The translations under genes were made by a program, and so were the position numbers. A DNA stretch of 64,000 bases from the human T2T-CHM13v2.0 reference genome, Homo sapiens, in assembly GCF_009914755.1 (NCBI RefSeq), contig NC_060925.1; one strand, 5' to 3'. The first letter of the stretch is position 1, and every line of letters starts with the position of its first letter. Below, one piece after another: positions 38,476 to 54,634 of this stretch. The notes below the pieces were generated by a model. That model saw nothing but the letters and a program-made list of their open reading frames with translations. It made no database searches and was not told where the DNA came from.

Positions 38476-40999
38476 AAAAATCAGTAGCATTTCTACATGC
38501 CAAAAGAAAACGATCTAGAAACAAAAATAAAGAAAGTAATCTCACAGTAGCTACAAATAAAATGAAATAGCTGGAATTTACTTAACCAAACAAGTGAAAG
38601 ATCTCTATAATATAAACTATAAAACATTGGTGAAAGAAATTGAAGAGAAAACAGAAAATAGAAATATATTCCATGTTCATGGATTGGAAGAATCGATATT
38701 GTTAAAATGTCCATACTACCCAAAGCAATCTATAGATTCAATGCAATATCTATCAAAATCCCAATGACTTTCTTCACAGAAATAGAAAAAATAATCCTAA
38801 AATGTATATGGAATCACAAGAGATTCAAAATATCCAAAGCTATCCTGAGAAAAAAGAACCAAAGTGGAAGAATTACATTACCTGTCTTCAAATTATACTA
38901 CAGAGCCACAGTAACCAAAACAGCATGACACTGGCATAAAAACAGACACAAAGACCAATGAAACAGAAGAGAGAACCCAGAAACAAGTTCATACATCTAC
39001 AGGAAACTCATTTTTAGCAAAGGGGCCATAACATACTGTGGGGTAAGGACAATATCTTAAATAAATGGTGCTGAGGAAACTGGATATCCATATGCAGAAG
39101 AATGAAAGTAGACCTCTATTTCTCACCATATACAAAAATTAAATCAAAATGGATGAAAGACTTAAATCTAATACCTGAAACTATGAAACTACTAAAAGTA
39201 ATCACTGGAGACACACTCCAGGACATCAGTCTGGACCAAGATTTTCTTGAGTACTATCCCACAAGCCAAGGCAGCCAAAGCAAAAATGGACAAATGGCAT
39301 CACATCAAGTTAAAAAGCTTCTGCACAGCAAAGGAACAATCAAATAACGAGGAGATTGAATGGGAGATAATATTTGCAAACTATCTATCTGACAAGGGAT
39401 TAATAACCAGAACATATAAGGAATCCAAACAATTCTATAGGAAAAACACTGATAACCCAATTAGGAAATGGGCATACTATCTGACTAGACATTTATCAGA
39501 AGGAGATATACAAATGGCAAACAGATATATGGAATGCTGCTCAGTGTCAGGGATCATCAGAGTAATGCAAATCAAACTACAGTAAGATATTATCTCAGCC
39601 CAGTTAAAATGGCTTTTATCCAAAAGACAGACAAAAAGAATTCTGTTGAGGATTTGGAGAAAATGGAAGCCTTGTATACTGAGGGTGGGAATGCAAATTA
39701 GTACAACCACTACAGATAATGGTTTGGAGGTTCCTGAAAAAACTAAAAATGGAACTATTAATATGAACCAGCAGTCCCACTGCTTGGCATATACTCAAAG
39801 AAATCAGTATATCAAAGAGATATTAGGACTCTCATATTTATTGCAGAACTATTCACAATAGCCAAGATTTGGCAGCAACTTAAGTGTCCATCAGCAGACA
39901 AATGGATAAAGAAAATGTGGTACCTATATATGATGGAGTTCTATTCAGCCATAAAAAATAATGGGATCCTGTCATTTGCAATGACGTGGATAAAACTGGA
40001 AATCATCATCTTAAGTGAAATAAGCCAGGCACAGAAAGACAAACATCACATGTTCTCACTTATTTGTGGGAGCTAAAAATTAAAATAATTGAACTTACGT
40101 AGATAGAGAGCAGAAGGGTGGTTATGAGAGACTTGGGAGGGTAGTGGAGGTAAGAGGGGATGTGGGGATGTTAATGGGTACAAAAAATAGAATGAATAAG
40201 ATCTTATATTTGATAGTATAACTGGGTGACTATAGTCAGTAATAATTGTATATTTAAAAATAGCTAAAAATTATAATTGGATTATTTGTAACACAAAGGC
40301 TAAATGCTTCAGGTGATGGGTACCCTATTTATCCTGATGTGATTTTTTTACACATTATATGCCTTATCAAAATATCCCATATACCCCATAAATATAGACA
40401 CCTATTATGCACCCACATAAATCAAAAGTAAAAAAATTTAAAAATGAAACATATTACAATAGAAAATAGAATTACATCAGCTATGGGCTTTTGCTCTGAA
40501 ATGTTAGAAACCAGAAGATTTTTTTCAAATTTGACAGAATTACAAAAATAAGAGTTTATATTCTTGGAATCCTATTATGAGAGAAGCAATTGTAAGACAA
40601 TTTGGAAATGTAACGATTGAGTATTTTTACCAAGTATTAATATATATTTGGGGAAAAATACTCAAGTTCTGCCAAATGAAAATTGAAAAAAAAAATAGCA
40701 AAACAAATTTACTAAATAAAACAAAGCACTGGTTATTTTAAAACAGACAAAATGAGAAAATCCTTGAAATCATGACCCAGAGAAAAAGAGCAAGAGAGGG
40801 CAAAAAGTACAAAATATTAGTTGTTATATAAAAATGTAATGGTCAATGGTATGAATAGGACAGTGCGTCTTGTTGTCCTTGCTTCTAGGGATATGAGGAG
40901 GTACTAAATAAGTGAGCTTAGTCTCTCTGCCACAGAATTTAAGAACGCTCAAAGAGACATGGAAGCAGAAATAGTTTCCTTTTGGTGCCTCATTTGGAG

Positions 41000-41640
41000 A
41001 GTAACTCTCGACCTGCTACTGTACCAACAGTCTTCAAGTGCAGACCCCAAAGTGTATGCTTCTCACCAGAATTCTACTGCTTAGATAGCTCTAGCAGCTA
41101 GACCTTAAACCTAATAGTCAGAGAACATAAAATCACAATACACGTGAAGGGATAGCTAGAGAAAGTCCTCCTTAGACAGAGAAAGTCACTAACACTTCCA
41201 GCAGTCTTACTGGAAGGGATACAGGAGAATCAAACCTAAAAATGAAAGACAAAACACAAAAAAGCTTCCTAGAAGTAGAAAACATAATTTTCAAACTAAT
41301 AACAGTGAGAATAAAAGTCACTTTTGGAACCCAAATCAGTGGCCTGGAAAATCATGTGAAAGGAGTATTTGAAACTAAGCATTAAACCTTAAAATTATGG
41401 ATATCAAAAGGGAGATGTAAAGATAGGAGGAGATACCTAGTATACCTATGATATAAAAGCTGGGAGTTTTAGTGGAAAAAAATGAAACTTATGGAAAAAA
41501 GCTGTAAGTAAATATGAGAAGAATATTTATTAACATAGAATGAGACTTAAGTCTGAATACTGAAAAAGTTTATCAAGTTCATAAAAGAATTAAAGAAAAA
41601 GGTATATTCTAAAAATTCTTAAAATTTTTTCTTAATTAAA
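41000..41640 (+). mobile_element. HAL1/ancient L1-like remnant (second copy)
   Basis: 41039-41167 aligns ungapped to 23460-23588; A-rich ORF1-like continuation. Confidence 0.45.
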
Positions 41641-43135
41641 ACAAAATTACCTAAATAAGTAGAGAGATTACTGTGTTCATGGATCAGAAAATTCAACATT
41701 GTTAAGAGGTAAATTCTCTCCAATTTGATCCATATAATACATGGACTCTTAATCAAAATTGCATTAGGTTTTAAAAGAAATTGGTGAACTGATTCTAATA
41801 TTTATATAGAAATGAAGAAAATAATTCACAATTGTCAAAACAACTTTGAAAAAGAACAAATCTGGAGGATTAACACTATCTGAAATCAAGAATTTCTGAA
41901 TAGGTACAACAATTAAGGCATTGTGGTGGGACATTGACATATACAAATAGATCGGTGGAACAGAATAGACTATACAGTACTAGCCCCACACATACATGGA
42001 TAACTGATTTTCCACAGAGGTACAGAAGCAACTCAGTAAAGAAAAGAAAGTCTTTTTGACCAATGGTGCTGGAACAATTAGAAATCAATATGTAAAAAGA
42101 AAAAATTGTGTTTCATACACTATGTACAAAAAATCAATGCAAAATGGATGACACATACAAATTTAAAACCGAAAATTATGAAAATTCTGGAAGAATAGAT
42201 TGTAGAAAACCTTTGTGAACTTGAATTAGATGAAGATTTGTTAGCTATAACACCAAATGAATGATATATAAAATTATGAGTTGATAAGTTAGATTTCATT
42301 AAAATTAAAAACTTATCTGTAAAGACATTGTTAAGAGAATGAAAGAAAAAACAAAGGCTGTGAGAATATATTTTTAAATCACCTATCTGATAAGGTACTT
42401 GTATCCCAAATATTTAAAAACTCGCAAAGCTCAATTAAAATAGCAAAGACTTGGAACCAACCCAAATGTCCAACAATGATAGACTGGATTAAGAAAATGT
42501 GGCACATATACACCATGGAATACTATGCAGCCATAAAAAATGATGAGTTCATGTCCTTTGTAGGGACATGGATGAAACTGGAAACCATCATTCTGAGCAA
42601 ACTATCGCAAGGACAAAAAACCAAACACCGCGTGTTCTCACTCATAGGTGGGAATTGAACAATGAGAACACATGGACACAGGAAGGGGAACATCACACAC
42701 CGGAGCCTGTTGTGGGATGGGGGCGGGAGGGTTAGCATTAGGACATATACATAATGTAAATGACGAGTTAATGGGTGCAGCACACCAACATGGCACATGT
42801 ATACATATGTAACTAACCTGCACATTGTGCACATGTACCCTAAAACTTAAAGTGTAATAATAAAAAAAAACCAAGCAGAATGAAAAAAGAATGGATGAAA
42901 GGTTTGAATAACACAGAAGATACAGAGAAGCCAAATAAGCATATGGAAAGTTGCTCAATATCATTAGTCATTAGGGAAATGCAAATTAAAACCACAATGA
43001 GATACCACTGCACACCTATTAGAATGGCTAAAATGAAAAAGATTTTGCCAAATGTTGACAGGACTTGGAGAAAGTAGAATTCTCTTACACTGCTGATGGG
43101 GATGTAAAAGGTACAACACAGTGGTAAATAGTGGA
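41640..43135 (+). mobile_element. Old L1M ORF2 3' fragment, interrupted by L1PA
   Basis: gtgttcatggatcagaaaattcaacattgttaag...aaagaacaaatctggagga...REMQIKTTMRYH-like peptide at 42880-43077. Confidence 0.85.
42439..42870 (+). mobile_element. Young L1PA (PA3-5-like) 5'-truncated 3' end
   Basis: MIDWIKKMWHIYTMEYYAAIKNDEFMSFVGTWMKLETIILSKLSQ...LIGGN* then 3'UTR ...catgtaccctaaaacttaaagtgtaataataaaaaaaaa. Confidence 0.95.
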
Positions 43136-43194
43136 GCGACACACCCACTTTTTAAATACTCCATTTAGGAAGCAACTTGTGTTATTTCTGCTCA

Positions 43195-43678
<484 letters not shown>

Positions 43679-43865
43679 ACAGGGACATACGAGGATGCAA
43701 GAGGGGCTGGGAAACATAACTCTCAAATAAGCAGCTTTCTCTCAGTGGCAGTGCCTCATAATGGATACAAGAGCATACATTTTGATGAATGGTTTGTTAT
43801 TTTTCAATAGTTTGGAAAATAATATCCCTGTTTTTCCCAACAGTTTGAGAGGTCTTTGAAGAAAA

Positions 43866-44413
43866 TTTTATTAGTTGGGATTCTCCAGAGAAACAGAAAT
43901 AATGGGGGGGGGGGGTGGAGAGAGAGAGAGAGATAAGAGGGCATTTATTATGGGAATTGGCTCGTGCAACAATGGAGGCCAAAAAGTCCCAGTATACTCT
44001 GTCTGCAAACAGAGAACCAGGAAAGCCAGTGGTCTAATTCAGTCTTGAGTCCAGAGGCTTGAGAATCAGGGGGCGCTGGTGGTGTAACTCTCCATTTGAG
44101 GCCAAAGTCCTGAAAACAAACTTCGCTGGTATAAGTCCTAGAGCCTAAACCCTGAGAACCAGGAGCTCCAATATCTCAAAAAGAAGGTGGATGTCCCAGC
44201 TTAAGAAGAGGGAATGATTTGCTCTTTCTCTGCTTTTATGTCCTATCTGGGCTCAGGTACAAATTGGTGAGAGTGGATATTTACTCAGTCTACTGATTCT
44301 AATGCTAATGTCTTCTATAAATACTCTCACAGACATTCCTGGAGTGTTCTATTAGCTATCTATCTGGGTATCCCTTAGCCTAGTCAAACTGACACATAAA
44401 ATGAACCATCTCA
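43866..44413 (-). mobile_element. MLT2B-like (ERVL) solo LTR
   Basis: ttctccagagaaacagaa...atttattatgggaattggctc...tagtcaaactgacacataaaatgaaccatc. Confidence 0.9.
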
Positions 44414-44940
44414 AAACAGCTGTATAGCATCCATAATGTTATCCCCAGGGCCCAGGATAGTAATCATTGAAAGAAAAAAAAAATTCCTGGGGAAAAGAAA
44501 GCGATAGTAAGAGAGGACAGTGGGGAGGAGGCTTTCATACTATCATAATATTGACAAACTGAATTGCAATGTATAAAAATTATTAATGATAAAATTAATG
44601 CAATTACATGTATAAATATACTCTTAAAATCATTTGATTCTTACAAAAATCCTGACAGGAAGAAAGAGCAAATATTTTATCATAATTTTACAAATAGGAA
44701 AATTGAGATCTAGTGAAGAATAGTCCTTTTTCTGTCAGAATCTATGACTGTTAAACATTTCTTTGATTTAATGTCTCTATATAATTATGTATTTTAGAAA
44801 TTACAGTAATTTATATCTTTTACATATGATCATAGTGAAAAGTAGCCCAACTTACCTTTATACCTGGAAATACTCCGAGTTATTAAATATTTTGAATATT
44901 ATCCTTTAATCATCAAATAAGTTTCATTATCATACAATTT

Positions 44941-45234
44941 TGGTTTTTTTTTTTGAGACAGACTCTTGCTCTGTTGCCCAGGCTGGAGTGCAATAGTGCA
45001 ACCTAGGCTCACCACAGCCTCTGCCTCCCCAGTTCAAGCATTCTCCTGCCTCAGCCTCCCAAGTAACTGGGACTACAGGCACATGTCACCATGCCCCCGC
45101 TAATTTTTGTATTTTTAGTAGAGACAGGGTTTCACTATGTTGGCCAGGCTGGTCTCAAACTCCTGACCTCGTGATCCACCCACCTCAGCCTCCCAAAATG
45201 CTGGGATTACAGACATGAGCCACTGCACCTGGCC
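44941..45234 (-). mobile_element. AluSg-like
   Basis: ggccaggctggtctcaaactcctgacctcgtgatcc; flanked by caattt. Confidence 0.93.
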
Positions 45235-45761
45235 CAATTTTTTTAATAACAGATATTTATTTGTATTATCATTACATCTAGGATTTCTCCTAGTACTATA
45301 TTGCTTCGATTTTCTTCAAATATTAAAAACAAGTCTAATTTTACTTGTTTGGTTATGAAATAATTTAGATAGATATAACATTTGCATAAAATTAAATTAG
45401 TTCTATCATTTAAATAATCAGCTTCTTTTAGTGTCCTATATAATGCAGAAACATATTAATTTAAAAGACAAGTGGCAGGTTCCTTAGCATCCTGTTGAAT
45501 GTACCTCATCTGTTCTACACCAAAGATGATTATGAACTTTCCAAGCCTGCTATATGTCAGGACATTCCTGTGTCTCTTTTAGTCATATCAATTTTAACAT
45601 AAGGCTTTCATTTGTTTGAATTTTCATGCATGTTTCCTCATGATTTAGAATAATAGGCCTACTGGAAAATTAAGTATATGTGCATATGTTATGAAAAATA
45701 CATAATATAGACTTCATTATTAGAAACACACAATTTATATAAACTATGCCATGGATTATGG

Positions 45762-46268
45762 AGCTATAATGTAATGAATATTTATTTCTCCCCAAAATTC
45801 ATATGTTGAAATATTAACCCCCAGATGATGGTATTAGGAGGTGGGGCCTTTGAGAGGTGATTGAGTTATGAGGGTGGAGCCCTCATGAATGAGATTAGTG
45901 CCCTTATAAAAGGTTCTGGAGAGATTCCCTCACCGCTTTCACCATGTGAGGACAGAGAAAAAACCACACATGTGTGTGTGTGTGTGTATATATATATATA
46001 CACATATATATATATATATAGACTTCATATATATATGTGTGTGTGTATATATATAAATATATGTATTTTCCTATATATATAAATATATATATTTTCCTAT
46101 ATATAAATATATATATTTTCCTATATATGGGCCGTTACTAGGCGCTGAAGCTGCCAGCACCTTGATCTTGGACTTCCCAGCTTCCAGAACTCTCAGAAAT
46201 AAATTTCTATTGTTTATAAGCCAGCCAGTCTATGGCAGTTTGTTACAACAGTCCAAATGGACTAAGAA
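45762..46268 (+). mobile_element. MLT1A0-like MaLR LTR with internal microsatellite
   Basis: ccccaaaattcatatgttgaaa...ggtattaggaggtggggcctttgagaggtga...ttgatcttggacttcccagc...aatggactaaga. Confidence 0.9.
45966..46128. repeat. (TG)/(TA) microsatellite plus three ~22-26 bp units (tattttcctatatata...)
   Basis: Directly visible tandem units. Confidence 0.9.
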
Positions 46269-47779
46269 ATGAGCTTTTCATACGAAATCTTTTAGCAGTA
46301 ATTTGAAATCATTCTAGTAACTTTTGTACACTATGGTGAATTTAATTGTCATTGTCTTCTCCAGTAATTTAATCACCAGTAGGACACAATCTTCTAAGAA
46401 TCTTGATTGAAAGCCTGCCTATTTTCTTAGCTAAAATCTATTAACCAAAAAGTATTTGCAGAGTATCTTAGGAAAAGACCAACAGGAGTGTCATTTTGGA
46501 AAACACTTGGTAAAAGAAGTGATTTCATGAACACTAAATTAAAGTCTATGTACTTCTCTATATAAATAATTATTTAGAATTGAACTGCTGAAGTGAAGGG
46601 AAGAAAAATCTTGAATACATACATAATCTCTAAAATATATTCCTCTATGCAGGACATTTTCATAGAGATATTTGCGGTGACTACACATTAAAAGTGATGT
46701 GTGTGTGTGCATGTGTGTGCATGCACACATAAGTATATAATGTATAATTACATATTGGACTGTTGTATATATATATACTTGTAAGAGAAAAGATGTTTTG
46801 TTAAGCACTACTATACAGATATGTAAATAAATAAAAATATAATACTGAAAAGAAGTTTAATTTTTAAATAACAGAATGTACATATGACAAAATGGGTAAT
46901 AAGAATATGAGATGGCCTAGGATAAGTGCCAAATTTGTGGTGTGGAAACAAGTTGTGCAAGAAGGAGCTTTAAGAAGGAAGGCAGCATTCCCTACAGGGC
47001 AGAGCAGTTAGAAGGTAGGCTGGGTTAGGCCCCATACAGATTTCTGCACATGGGAAATCAGAGAAGGGAAGAAGCAACACAGGGGCCACAGAGTACGTAG
47101 TTGGTAAAGAATGCCAGAGGGACGACCTCTAGCAACATCAGCAAGGCTATGTGGTAAGCAAGAGGTTTGCACAGGTTGTAAAGTGAGCTGTGACACACTG
47201 TGGTCCAGTAGGATATCATCTGAATTCAAAGGTCAGAAGATTCAATCAGCACGCTGGCAATACTGTCCTCCCATTTAGAGCTCTTTAAACATACCACTGT
47301 GGCAACAAAAAAGCTAGCATGGATTACAGCACCAATGCCAGAGTTTTCTCTGAAACACCTATGTGCTTTGTTGGTGACTGGTCTTCCCAGCTCTTGCAGT
47401 CTCCTTAGCATTGCTCTGTGCTCTAGATTTGGCATGTTTTTATAGCTCTTGCCACTATTGATGACTGACTTTAACTCCTCTACTTATTTATGTCTCCTTG
47501 CTGCATGGTCTGAGAAAGAGGAATCCTTGCTGGTCCTGGGCTCATGGCACAGACTTCTCACTCTCAGGCCCCATAGGAGGGGAATCCATAATATCAGGCA
47601 CACAATGATAGTCTATTCAACATTAGGTGTCTAAAACTATAAATAATCAGGAGTAAGGAAACTATGAAATCTCTCATCAACTTTATTTTTGCCTTTATTT
47701 TTAAAAGACAAACAATGAAACAGAGAATTGTTTGCCGTTTTTTAAAAAGCAACCCAGTGCCATCCTCTGCCTATATTTT

Positions 47780-48757
<978 letters not shown>

Positions 48758-49099
48758 TTCATTTTTCCATTTTATCTTATTTAAGGGGTTATAGGTGATT
48801 AGTCCAGTCCCTCAAAGACCTATTTCTGCTTCAGCCTATTTTATCTATGAGTGGAAGGATTTTGAGCAGTTAGAAGGGAGGATCAGAATGAACAGAGTCA
48901 GAATATTAATGAGAACAACGTATCTTAGTGTAGTTGAATCATAGAACATGTAAAAGGAGGTAAGAAGATAGTGATGAGGTCATTTGATTAGTAATCTAAT
49001 GAAAATCTACTTAAAATGCATATACCCAAAGGTTCCAACAAAAATTTAAAAGTATTAATAATTTTAAAAATAAAGATTCTAATATTCAAAGTTGCATAG

Positions 49100-50160
49100 T
49101 TTCTGTCACAGTTAATAGAGTTGCAGTTTGTATAGCATGAATGAAACAAAACCAAAACCTGTCATTCTAATGTTTTTTCATATTGGTCAAGGGATTGTCA
49201 GTCATAGAAGTGTTGTAGACATGGTGAATATCAAATCTAGCATAACATCCTTGAGAATGAGATTGAGATAAATGGGGAGAACGGCTGCACAGTTAGATTG
49301 TTTCATAGCAGGTGATAAAATGTACCCAAAGTGCTTACTGATGAATCAGTGCCAGGCTGGATGAAGGATTCTGGAGATTTTATGTAAGTGTCCTTCATAG
49401 TCTTTGCACTGGTCAACATTTATTCAAGGACTTTGGCATTGTGAAAGAAGGTTTATGATCATCCAGTAGCAAGAAGAGATTGGGTTAAACAGTTGGTACC
49501 TGGGGCATAATTTACAGGAGGAAATAAGAAGATAGATGATAGATAGATAGATAGATAGAGATATGAAACCTTGCACCTAGCTTCCATTATGAATTTCACA
49601 GATATAGGCTTATTAAGGGAGGGTGTGGTGAGGCTACATATAAACAAACATAGGATTTTAGTTGACTTAAGTTCTGTACAAACTGGAGTATTATCTTGAG
49701 TTATAGGTGCTACATTTAAAATTTTTGTTTGGCTTAATTTTGTTTTAATTAGATTTTATTTAGGAGAAATCCATTAAAATATTGAAGGTACTTAAAACTA
49801 GTTGGATGGGAGATAAGAAAGGAAGTGGGGTTGTGGGTTATTAATCTTTAAAAGGAGAATACTTTGTAGGATTGAACTGGCTGCCTTCAGATATTTGAAA
49901 AATTGCCACAGCAAAGAGCAATTACATTCATTGTGCTACAGCACTGGAAGGCAGAGCAAGAATCAATGAACAGAAGTTATGAGGAGATGGATTTTGGTTA
50001 AATGTAAGGAAGAACTAACATTTAGAGCCAAAATCAGGTAAGCTAGCCACTGTTAGCTTTTATGCGCCCTGAAAAATATCATCTGGGGAATCCATTTAAC
50101 AGAAACCTATTAGATTAAATAGTCCTTCAGATCCCTTTCCCATCTGAGGCTAATTCTAAG
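49100..50160 (+). mobile_element. L3/CR1 LINE remnant
   Basis: RT-like gtagacatggtg, ctggtcaacatttattcaaggacttt; CR1 3' region gccttcagatatttgaaaaattgcca...gaaggcagagcaagaatcaatg...aatgtaaggaagaact...ccttcagatccctttcc. Confidence 0.75.
49531..49560. repeat. (GATA)n tetranucleotide
   Basis: gatagatgatagatagatagatagatagag. Confidence 0.9.
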
Positions 50161-50674
50161 ACCATTTTCATTTTCAGATGCATGTTGGATGGTATCATCT
50201 TTCAATTACTAGTCTTACTGTATGAAAATACAGAAAACCCATCACACACATAGGAAGGGTGTCTTTCCTATGTATCATGGAAGCTTCTTACAGTTGATGT
50301 GAGAAATGTACCTAATTTGAGATTTTACTTTAAAATTGCTTCTATGTCTTTCCTTGCTAAAGTATCTATTTTTAGTATTTATAATTACCTATTAAAAATA
50401 TAAGGAGACTAAAATAGGAAGACCACATATCTGAATTATGTCTTCAGAAAAATTTTCTGTTAGATTATAAGGCTCTGATTTCCCAGTATTTCATTGACAT
50501 CTTAATTTCACGGAATATTACTATAACTTGGCTTCTTAAATGTTAGATGTCTTTCTAAGTGCTCCTACTGTGTCTCAGGGCCTCTTTACCTCACACTATT
50601 ATTTTTCTAGTAATGGTTTTATTCAGTTCTTCCCTCAATAATTTACCTTCTATATAACTACCTTGCTGATTGCC

Positions 50675-51193
50675 ATTTAAATATTACTTCATAATAAATC
50701 ACCCCAAAACGAGTGGCTTAATATGACTACTTAGTATTTCTCATGAGTCTACCAGTTGGCCAGGCTGTTCTAGTGATCAAGGTTGGTCTGAGCGAGATTC
50801 ATTTATGTGTCTTTGGTCAGTTAAGGACCAGCTAGTTGACTTTGTTGATCTTGGCTGGGCTAATCACATGTAAGGTGTTTCACCTCGGCAACTATGCTGA
50901 CTTGGCTATGTTCCATGTGGTCTTCCATTCTTCAGCAGGCTAATTAGGGCTCATCCTCATGGAGGTATTAGAGTTCCAATAAAGACAGTGGAAGTGTGGA
51001 ATTCTGCTGTGATTTAGCTCAGAACAAGTACACTGTCACTTCCTTCGCCTTTTATTGACTACAGCAAATCAAAAGGCTAGCCCATACTCAAGGTTCCACC
51101 TCTTGAAGAATGAAACAGCAATGTTGCATTGTGAAGAGTGTAGTTATGCAAGGAGTAGAAACTTTGAGCTATATTTGCAAGCAATCTACTGTA
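50675..51193 (-). mobile_element. MLT1 (G/H-like) MaLR LTR
   Basis: ataaatcaccccaaaacgagtggctta...tttctcatgagtct...cactgtcacttcc...ttccacctcttga...gcaatctac. Confidence 0.8.
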
Positions 51194-51540
51194 GAGATAC
51201 CTTGAGAATATGCTAAGAACTAATAATTAATAATTTAACTCTTAAATTAAAGAGTCACAGAGACAGCCAAATGCCTATCTTGAATCAAATCTGAACTTTG
51301 CAACCTGAGTCCAAGGACTTCAGTATTTTTACTTAGCCTTTTTTAACAACTCACAGCAATGGGAACATTCTGACTCTAGAAAAGTGGCATGGTTTCCTAG
51401 GAAGAGTTGGGGCTGTGGCCTCAGAGAAAAACTGATTATAACTAACTAGACATTATAGCCTATAATCTATAATTTGCACCTTTGTCATTCTCCTTTCTTT
51501 TCTTATTTCTGCTGTATGTCTGGTTTACTGAATTGAATTG

Positions 51541-52075
51541 TGTGGCAGGAAAACTATGATGGCCCCCATGGTTTCTGCCCCTAGGTATTCATGGTTTGTA
51601 TGATTGGCTCCTCTTTGATTAACTTGCTTTTAGCCAATAGAATAGAGCAACATTGATGAATATCACTTCCATAATTGGGTTACGAAAGAGTGTGACTTCG
51701 ATATTGCCAGAAGACTCGCTGTACCTTCTCAGCTTGCACACTTTGATAAAGCAAACTGATGTCTTGGAGAATTTCAGGTATCAAAGACCTAAGGACAACT
51801 TCTGGCCAACAGTCAGTAAAGAACTGAGGTCCTGAACTCAACAGCCCATTAAGAACTGAATCCTGTCAACAATCAGTTGAACTTGGAGGCAGTTTCTTCT
51901 CCAATTGACCCTTAAGATGACTACAGCTCAGCTAATATCTTGGCTGAGTGACCCTGAAACAGAGGAGCCGGTTAACCTGTGCTGAGATTCCTGACCCATA
52001 AATGCTCTGAGATAATAAATGTGTGTTTTAATCTGCTAAATTTTGGAGTTGTTATGAAGCAAAGAAATTAATACA
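51541..52075 (+). mobile_element. MLT1E/F-like MaLR LTR
   Basis: tgtggcagg...gatggccccca...gattcctgaccca...gagataataaatgtgtgtttt...taataca; flanks aattg/gattg. Confidence 0.88.
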
Positions 52076-52129
52076 GATTGCAAGTATTTTGTGTAAGAAA
52101 ACTTTTATTTTAATGAGGAGAAGCAAGTG

Positions 52130-52265
52130 AGTCTGTCACTCACTTAACTTTTAAATTTTCTAAGTCTGTGGCTAAAATTTGTATAAACATACCTATTTTC
52201 TAACATTGTTGGGAAAATTAAATGAGGTAACAAATGAACTGTACTGAGTATAAAGTAGTGCAATG
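52130..52265 (+). mobile_element. MIR fragment
   Basis: tcacttaac...ttttctaagtctgt...cattgttgggaaaattaaatgaggtaac. Confidence 0.55.
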
Positions 52266-53071
52266 AATTTCATCTCCCTTTCTCTTTTTTCTTTACAATG
52301 TCTGTTTTTGTCATTTTCTTTTAACATTTCTCTTTTACATTCCATATTTTCAATATATTTGAATGATGAAATTAACTAAAAAAATACTAAAAATGCAAGT
52401 AAAGGGTTATGAAGTAAATGACTTCTTTTTTGCCTGAGTAATTTTTTGAAGGATGGCAAATATTTGTCTTCCCTTAGCACACCCCATAGGAAAGTATCAG
52501 CATACATGCTTTTGCTTCAGGCTCGACTTTCTAGAGCTCACCAGAAAACCTGCTGTTCATTCCAAGGGATGAGCATTGGTAGAGACAAGCAAGGACGAAG
52601 AATTGATTTGTTAGCTCCTGCTCCTACTGGTCTAGGTTTTGCCCTGTGGCGCATTAACTCATGCACCCCTTGGCTTGCAAGACATGTGTGGTACCATGGG
52701 AATTGTATTGCTTCTGAGGCTAGGAACCAACAGGGAAAACCTCAGGGCAGCAGGTGAAAGATGAGAGGCCTGGGCATGAGATCAGGCAGTCTTAGATTAT
52801 ATCTATATAAAGGAAGACTGAAGCAATGCCAGACGAGATTGCCTCATATGCACCTTGGATTAGAAACAGAGACAGGAGAGCTGAGAAGACCCAGAGTATC
52901 ACAATGCACATTTAGGTAAAGAGGAGTGAACAGAGTTTAGGAGGAGAATTTCCCTGAAAAGGATATTCAGGCACTCCAGTCGCATATGAGAGGAGACAAG
53001 GTTGAATTGTGTAATAACTGTGAAGACAAAGATAGGATTCTGCTAGAGATTAGGTAAAAAGTGAACAATAA

Positions 53072-54634
<1,563 letters not shown>

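Larger units (their letters stand above)
33187..40445 (+). mobile_element. L1MA2-like near-full-length LINE-1, internally deleted, with two Alu insertions
   Basis: ~2-kb 5'UTR from gatggccaaatagaagcctcc; ORF2 remnant peptides [22 protein letters not shown] and [19 protein letters not shown]; L1MA1-3 type 3'UTR (gaatgaataagatc...gtaacacaaagg...ccccataaatatagacacc); possible TSD tttaaaaat. Confidence 0.92.

Noticed and set aside
52400-53070. 103-aa ORF / possible exon
   Set aside because: No recognisable protein similarity or exon structure; partly resembles a decayed ERVL LTR that I cannot name reliably.
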